A DNA stretch of 64,000 nucleotides from Verrucomicrobiota bacterium (GTDB taxonomy: Bacteria; Verrucomicrobiota; Verrucomicrobiia; Limisphaerales; CANJXF01): assembly GCA_038214755.1 (NCBI GenBank), contig JBBQRQ010000012.1:10242-74241 (forward strand). The letters run 5' to 3'. Both the position numbers and the translations under genes were made by a program. The notes under the pieces are model-generated. The model was given only the letters and a program-made list of their open reading frames with translations, was not told the origin of the DNA and did not search any database. Of this stretch, positions 58,531 through 64,000 are shown in pieces (position 1 is the first letter of the stretch; every line of letters begins with the position of its first letter).

Positions 58531-59136
58531 TCAAAGAACTCGCCGCGCTATTTTCGTCTGGGCCGTATAGCCCTCCGCGACTTGATTTGTTCCTCCCCGG
58601 GTCGAGTTGAACGGGAGTTGATAGAAGTTCAATGTCACGGCCAACACGCGATTGTCCTGGTTCTGGGTCAGGACATTGCCGAGATAATCTTCGGAAGTGA
58701 ATACGACCGCGTTGGTGACATTTTCTGCGATGAGACGAGGGTTAGTTCCATTCAAAGAGCGAAAGAGTTTAGCGGTGTTGGTGTTCAAGTAATACTGGAT
58801 GCAGGGTGTTGAACCGGACGTGGGATAAATTTGCACCGCGTTACCTTCCTGTAACGATCCGTCCGTGGCGGGGGTGAACGACAAAGTAGTGAAGTTGGTC
58901 GCTCTACCTACCCGGATGGTCTTCCCGGTTCGCACCTCGTTGACCAACAAACTTACGGCCAGCCGAGTGTCATCGGTAATTCCCAGTTTGGCCTTCGCGA
59001 TCTCATACATCTTAAGGCCCGTGATGTGGCTCAGGATGACTCCGCCTACTACCATGGACGAGACGGCGATCGTGACCATTAACTCGGTCAACGTAAAACC
59101 GCGTAACTTTCGGACGGGATAACGGGTAAGTTTCAT
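58531..59136 (-). CDS. prepilin-type N-terminal cleavage/methylation domain protein (pseudopilin/minor pilin)
   Basis: RGFTLTELMVTIAVSSMVVGG class III signal. Confidence 0.75.
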   Translation of the reverse strand: MKLTRYPVRKLRGFTLTELMVTIAVSSMVVGGVILSHITGLKMYEIAKAKLGITDDTRLAVSLLVNEVRTGKTIRVGRATNFTTLSFTPATDGSLQEGNAVQIYPTSGSTPCIQYYLNTNTAKLFRSLNGTNPRLIAENVTNAVVFTSEDYLGNVLTQNQDNRVLAVTLNFYQLPFNSTRGGTNQVAEGYTAQTKIARRVL

Positions 59137-59137
59137 T

Positions 59138-59578
59138 TCAGTAGTCCATCGCGCGATAAGTCACTAAAGAGTTGGTGAAGGACCGGTTCCTCGGCGCGAA
59201 GAACCAGACACAGTCAACCTTGATCGCCTTCACCACGGGATTCGTGCTGACCGCCGTGATGGTCGTGATGTTGGTCGCGGAAATAATTCTACCCGAAAGA
59301 GTCGTGTCCAGATTGGTCGCCGTAGTGGTGGTGCCATCGGCTATTTCGCTGATGGCGGTGGTGAACTTGGCCGCGCGCATTTGCTCCAGCCGTTGGATCG
59401 CCAGGGAGTGCGCCGCCAACGAGTAGGCCGACCATTCGGCCCGGCGCGTGGAGAAAGTGTATCCGTAAAGGATGCCGCCAATGAGGATGACCGAAACGGC
59501 CAAGGAGACGACCACCTCAACAAGGGTGAATCCCCTTGTTCGATCCGATTTATTTCCAGTTGGCCGATTGATATGCAT
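59138..59578 (-). CDS. prepilin-type N-terminal cleavage/methylation domain protein (pseudopilin)
   Basis: RGFTLVEVVVSLAVSVILIGG; start at MHINRP preferred. Confidence 0.7.
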   Translation of the reverse strand: MHINRPTGNKSDRTRGFTLVEVVVSLAVSVILIGGILYGYTFSTRRAEWSAYSLAAHSLAIQRLEQMRAAKFTTAISEIADGTTTTATNLDTTLSGRIISATNITTITAVSTNPVVKAIKVDCVWFFAPRNRSFTNSLVTYRAMDY

Positions 59579-59628
59579 GAGTCCCGGGATTGAAAATCCC
59601 TGACTTCTTAGCACTCTATCTGCCAATC

Positions 59629-60636
59629 TTATTTGCGACTATCGCTCCGTGGATCGAACGCATCGCGCAATCCATCACCTAGAAAATTCAAAGCAAGCAA
59701 GGTTGTCGCCAACATCGCGCCCGGAAAAACAATCAACCACCAATAGATGCGAATGGAATTGATTTGCTGCGTTCCTTCCGCGATCAGCGAACCCCAACTT
59801 GCTTGCGGAGGTTGAACGCCCAGGCCGAGATAACTTAGGAACGATTCGTAAAGGATAATAGCGGGAACGGTAAGGGTGAGGTAAACGATGATGATACCAT
59901 AGATGTTCGGCAAAATATGCTTGAACAAAATCCGCGTGTGACTTGCTCCGAGGGCCTTGCTCGCTTCGACAAAGTTGCGGGAGCGAAGAGACAGAACCTG
60001 TCCACGAACGATTCGCGCCATCGTCAACCAGGAGACCGCGCCCAGTCCGATAAAAAGGAAAACCATCGAAGCATAACTGGCCGTGATGATGGAGAAATGG
60101 TGTCCTAAAAATGTTTTCAAATCTTTTTCAAACGCCGATTTCAGGACAATCACAAAAATGATGGACGGTAACGCATACAAAATATCGACTGCGCGCATCA
60201 TGGCGTTATCCGTTCGTCCGCCGACATACCCGGCAACCGCTCCCCACGTCACACCGATCAAAAGGCTGACCATTGCTCCGACCGCTCCGACCAACAACGA
60301 GATGCGCGCCCCGTAAAAAGTTCGGGACAACAAATCGCGCCCATGAACGTCGGTTCCAAACCAATGTGTGGACGTAGGAGGTTTAAATTGCGCGTCGGTG
60401 GTGGCGTCCGGTTTGTAAGTCGAAATGAGCGGCCACAAAAAAACAAGCGTGAGCAATACGAGAAGAAAAATTCCGCTGATGATGACGGGTTTGCTTCGTA
60501 GGAAGCGTCGCCACGCCCGTTGATTCGGGCTGGATCGTGCTGCCGAGATTCTCTCGGCAGAAAGAGTTGAGCTTCCGCTACTCATGACACGTTTTCGATG
60601 CGTGCGCTTCCTCTGCCGAGAGAATCTTGGCAGCAC
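59629..60636 (-). CDS. oppC: oligopeptide/dipeptide ABC transporter permease (OppC/DppC-like)
   Basis: BPD_transp_1 EAA-like region; N-terminal cytoplasmic extension. Confidence 0.75.
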   Translation of the reverse strand: MLPRFSRQRKRTHRKRVMSSGSSTLSAERISAARSSPNQRAWRRFLRSKPVIISGIFLLVLLTLVFLWPLISTYKPDATTDAQFKPPTSTHWFGTDVHGRDLLSRTFYGARISLLVGAVGAMVSLLIGVTWGAVAGYVGGRTDNAMMRAVDILYALPSIIFVIVLKSAFEKDLKTFLGHHFSIITASYASMVFLFIGLGAVSWLTMARIVRGQVLSLRSRNFVEASKALGASHTRILFKHILPNIYGIIIVYLTLTVPAIILYESFLSYLGLGVQPPQASWGSLIAEGTQQINSIRIYWWLIVFPGAMLATTLLALNFLGDGLRDAFDPRSDSRK

Positions 60637-60654
60637 GTTGAGGGCAGTATTCCG

Positions 60655-61587
60655 TTATTCATAGCGCACCCTTCTGTCCAACAGGCTATAACTTAAATCC
60701 ACGAGCATGTTGAGAATGAGAAGTAACGCCGCGTAAACCAAAACCAGCCCAACGGTCATCGTGTGGTCGCGATTGAAAATGCTGTTGATAAAAAAAACAC
60801 CGATACCTGGAATTTGAAAAATATTTTCCACCACGAATGAACCAGTGAGTAAATCCGCCAGCAGCGGGCCGGAATAGGAAACCACCGGCAAGATCCCCAG
60901 CCGAAAAGCGTGTTTCCATAAAATCGCCGTTTCGCTCACGCCTTTGGCGCGCGCCGTCGTGACGAATTCAGAATGGAGCGTCGTGGAAAGTCCTTCGCGC
61001 ATCAGCCGCGCAATTCGTCCGGAGAAATAAAGGCCCAGGACAATCGTCGGCAAAATCATTTGGCTCGGTGAACCCCAGAGTGCGACGGGGAGCAAATGTA
61101 ATTTCACCGCGAGCCACAGAATAAGCAGCGGCGCAATGACGATGTTCGGGACACAAAACGAAAGCATAGCGATGAAGCCGCCGAGATGATCGCCCCATTG
61201 GCCACGACGCAACGCCATGTAGCAGCCGAGCGGAATTCCGGTGAACATCGCGAAACAAAATGACATCGCGCCGAGTGTCATTGAAACCGGAAGACATTGT
61301 TTGAGGATGTCGTTGACGGTGTGATTGCGATATTTCAGAGATGGACCGAGGTCCCCTCGAATCAGACCGGAAGCATCGCCGGTCACGCCGAGGTAGCGGA
61401 GATATTGTTTCCACAGTGGTTCATCCAGATGGAATTTTGCTTTTAGATTGCGCTCGATTTCCGCAGAGGCTGGTTTGCGTTCGGAATCGAATGGCCCGCC
61501 CGGCATACTCCGAATGAGCACGAACCCGATCGAGCTGACGATCAGCAAGACTGGAAACATTTGGAGTGTTCGTTTTAGGAAATACAT
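60655..61587 (-). CDS. oppB: oligopeptide/dipeptide ABC transporter permease (OppB/DppB-like)
   Basis: start MYFLKRTLQMFPVLLIV; 6 TM. Confidence 0.8.
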   Translation of the reverse strand: MYFLKRTLQMFPVLLIVSSIGFVLIRSMPGGPFDSERKPASAEIERNLKAKFHLDEPLWKQYLRYLGVTGDASGLIRGDLGPSLKYRNHTVNDILKQCLPVSMTLGAMSFCFAMFTGIPLGCYMALRRGQWGDHLGGFIAMLSFCVPNIVIAPLLILWLAVKLHLLPVALWGSPSQMILPTIVLGLYFSGRIARLMREGLSTTLHSEFVTTARAKGVSETAILWKHAFRLGILPVVSYSGPLLADLLTGSFVVENIFQIPGIGVFFINSIFNRDHTMTVGLVLVYAALLLILNMLVDLSYSLLDRRVRYE

Positions 61588-61647
61588 GTTGGTTCGTGAA
61601 TCGTGAATCGTTAAACGTGAGAGAAAGGTCACGCGCCGCTTGCGGCT

Positions 61648-63219
61648 TCACGTTTTCCGTTTCAATTTCTTAATTGCGAAAATCGGATGCTCATCGAGCA
61701 AGTTATAATGGATTCCTTCCACTTCGTTCGTCCGATAAAATAAAACTCCAGCGTAAAAATAAATCGGTGTGATCGGCAAATCGTCGTGAATCAAAAGCGT
61801 CTCGGCTTGTTGCAAAATTTTCTCGCGCTTTTTCGGATCCATTTGCCGGTTTCCTTCGCGAACCAGTTCGTCGTATTTCGCATTTTTCCAGCCGGTGTAA
61901 TTATTTCCGTTGTTGCTCATGAACATGTCGAGAAACGTGTTCGGGTCATTGTAATCGCCAATCCAACTGCTGCGCCCCACGTCGTAATCCATATCGTGGA
62001 GGGACGTGTAATAAACTTTTGACTCCGCCTGTCGAATCTCCATGGGAATTCCAAGTTGTTCCCGCCACATCGCCTGAAGTTCGACCGCAATTTGTTTGTC
62101 CGTCTCACCTGCTTTGAAAAGATATTGGAATGGAGGAAAATTTTTCCCGTTCGGAAAACCCGCTTCGGCCAAAAGTTTTCTCGCAGTCTCCGGATCATAT
62201 CCATAGCCCGGCGGCGAAGTGTAAATGGACATTCCGCCCGGCACGAAATGGGTCGCGGGTTCTTCGCCGCTGCGCGTGATGCGTTCGACAATTCGTTTGC
62301 GATCAATCGTCATGGCGAGCGCTTTGCGCACGCGCACATCGTCGAAAGGTTTTTTCAAAATGTTGAACCGCATGAAAAATGTGCCGAGGTAATTGTAGCG
62401 ATGACAATCGGGACGTTGACCGAGCACATCCATGAGGTCAGCGGGAATAAGATTTTTATCCCAGAGAATATCGGCTTGTCCGGCTTGATACAAATTCATG
62501 GCAGTCATGGCTGATTCGCTTGGAAGAAAATCGACGAGATTGTTCTGAATATTCGCGGCATCCCAATGGCGCGGATTTTTTCGCACGCGAATTTTGTCGA
62601 GCAAATGCCAAAACTCCAAAGTGTAAGCGCCGCTCGTGGGCAGTGGTGTGGCCATGAGCCAGCGGTCGCCAAATTTTTCAATCGTCTGGCGTGGAACGAC
62701 GGCGAGAGTTTGAAACGCGCAAAGATCCACGAAAAATGGAGTCGGGCTGACGAGTTCGACTTGCAGGGTGCGCGCGTCGATCGCTTTCACGCCGACTTGC
62801 GCTGGGTCTTTGATTTTTCCGCTGCTGAAATCTTCCGCGTTTTTTATGAAAAAAAGTTGGCCGGCATACTCGGAACCCGTTATCGGGTCCAAAACCCGCC
62901 GCCACGAATAGACCACGTCGGCGGCTGTGATTGGTTCCCCGGTGGACCAAACAGCATTGGTTCGGAGATAAAACGTATAATTAATTCCGTCAGGAGAAAT
63001 TTCCCAACGCTGGGCGAGACCGGGAATTGCGTTGGCCGTTTTTGGATCAAGCCGGGTCAATCCTTCGAAAAGTGCGCGGACAATCCGGCTATCGGCCTGA
63101 ACGGTGACGAGAGCGGGATCAAGGGTTCCTGGTTCCGCGCCGTTGATGATGACCAGATCGGCCTTGGGTTCCGAACGGGAGCAACCAACCAAAAGAAAAA
63201 ACGTGAGCCATAAAACCAT
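61648..63219 (-). CDS. oppA: peptide ABC transporter substrate-binding lipoprotein (SBP family 5, OppA-like)
   Basis: lipobox LLVGC; SBP_bac_5 body; ORF extends upstream in frame into an RHS-like fragment, so start set at MVLWL. Confidence 0.75.
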   Translation of the reverse strand: MVLWLTFFLLVGCSRSEPKADLVIINGAEPGTLDPALVTVQADSRIVRALFEGLTRLDPKTANAIPGLAQRWEISPDGINYTFYLRTNAVWSTGEPITAADVVYSWRRVLDPITGSEYAGQLFFIKNAEDFSSGKIKDPAQVGVKAIDARTLQVELVSPTPFFVDLCAFQTLAVVPRQTIEKFGDRWLMATPLPTSGAYTLEFWHLLDKIRVRKNPRHWDAANIQNNLVDFLPSESAMTAMNLYQAGQADILWDKNLIPADLMDVLGQRPDCHRYNYLGTFFMRFNILKKPFDDVRVRKALAMTIDRKRIVERITRSGEEPATHFVPGGMSIYTSPPGYGYDPETARKLLAEAGFPNGKNFPPFQYLFKAGETDKQIAVELQAMWREQLGIPMEIRQAESKVYYTSLHDMDYDVGRSSWIGDYNDPNTFLDMFMSNNGNNYTGWKNAKYDELVREGNRQMDPKKREKILQQAETLLIHDDLPITPIYFYAGVLFYRTNEVEGIHYNLLDEHPIFAIKKLKRKT

Positions 63220-63560
63220 CGTGAGCGCGCATTGCGAAATACGAAAGGAGGTTAAAATGCGGATACCGAAAAAGACTTCTGACCACCGCTTGCGGGAACT
63301 CACCCGACCGCCGTATTCGTAAATCCAGAAACTTCCGTCGGCCAGATCGACGCGCAGCGGCTGATTGGCGTCGCGGTCGATGTAGTTGAATGAGGCCACA
63401 GGCGAGACACTCGCGCTGCTTCGGATGGATCGTAAGCGATTCAAATTGTCGTAAGATCTCGTTGTCGTCACCCGCGTGGTCGCGTTGGATTTGAGCGTAA
63501 TCTGGCTCATCAGCGGTAAGTCGATGAATATATGGAATGGCGGACCCCTATGTTCAACGT
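63220..63560 (-). pseudogene. fragment resembling YD/RHS repeat C-terminal region, in frame with and upstream of oppA
   Basis: YDNLNRL, FNYIDRDANQ, YEYGGR motifs. Confidence 0.3.
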
Positions 63561-63826
63561 CATCGGGAATTGTTCCTGCCCTGCAAGTCCCGAATGATTT
63601 CTTGAGCCTTTTGTTGAACCCGTTGCTCTTTGAACACCCCGGTCTCAATTCCCTTTTTCAACCAAGCGAGGTGCTGCCGTGAAGCTTCCGTCTCGAAGTA
63701 CATTTGCTGGATCGCTCCGAGCCTCAATTCGTCTTTCAAGGGATCAGATTCAGTCTTCTCTAAAATATCAACCTGAAGTTGAATCCATTGCTGTAGGTAA
63801 TCACGCGTCCGACTATCCCTGTGCAA
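63560..63826 (-). CDS. small hypothetical protein (88 aa)
   Basis: ORF only. Confidence 0.25.
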   Translation of the reverse strand: MHRDSRTRDYLQQWIQLQVDILEKTESDPLKDELRLGAIQQMYFETEASRQHLAWLKKGIETGVFKEQRVQQKAQEIIRDLQGRNNSR

Positions 63827-64000
63827 TTCGCCCCACGCGACTTCCGCCTTCTCCCATGAGCGGGCCGCCTTGGTACATCGTGACCCCGTGTTTGAGAAAG
63901 AAGAGACTCCAAAGCGATGGGATGGAGCAAGAATATTTTGGGAGAGAGGTGAGGAGCTTTGAGCGCCAGTAAATCGGCTGGGCTTTTGTAGTCCCGGGAA

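Overview
GC-rich bacterial chromosomal window, gene-dense on both strands. Several signatures point to a PVC/Verrucomicrobiota-type genome (inferred from family knowledge, not proven): delta-60 repeat proteins, an ECF sigma factor with the 'THWSVVLAA' signature paired with a Ser/Thr kinase-TPR protein, and prepilin-type 'GFTLxE' pseudopilins. Housekeeping genes include mcsA-mcsB-clpC, rny, gap, rarA, rsmD, ilvE-like, oppABC and a GH42 beta-galactosidase. Transport and efflux genes include a TetR-linked FtsX-permease/ABC-ATPase/HlyD/TolC exporter, an MFS pump, a P1B heavy-metal ATPase, an ABC-2 module and SPFH/band-7 proteins. The accessory content is dominated by type II toxin-antitoxin pairs (DUF433/DUF5615, AbrB-VapC, Phd-Doc, YefM-VapC, MazEF-like), a Fic protein and a membrane-anchored Mrr-cat nuclease. 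Three genes look frameshifted: the delta-60 gene, one VapC and a small NTF2-like gene. No tRNA, rRNA, CRISPR, integrase or transposase was found. The most unusual content is non-coding. (i) At least five dispersed palindromic element families, and many long perfect hairpins begin with GTAGC and end with GCTAC. (ii) Short 7-8 nt tandem repeats occur at more than 8 intergenic sites. (iii) A motif directly follows several stop codons. (iv) A conserved ~45-nt leader motif is shared by two secreted-protein genes. (v) Structured elements sit inside the efflux operon.
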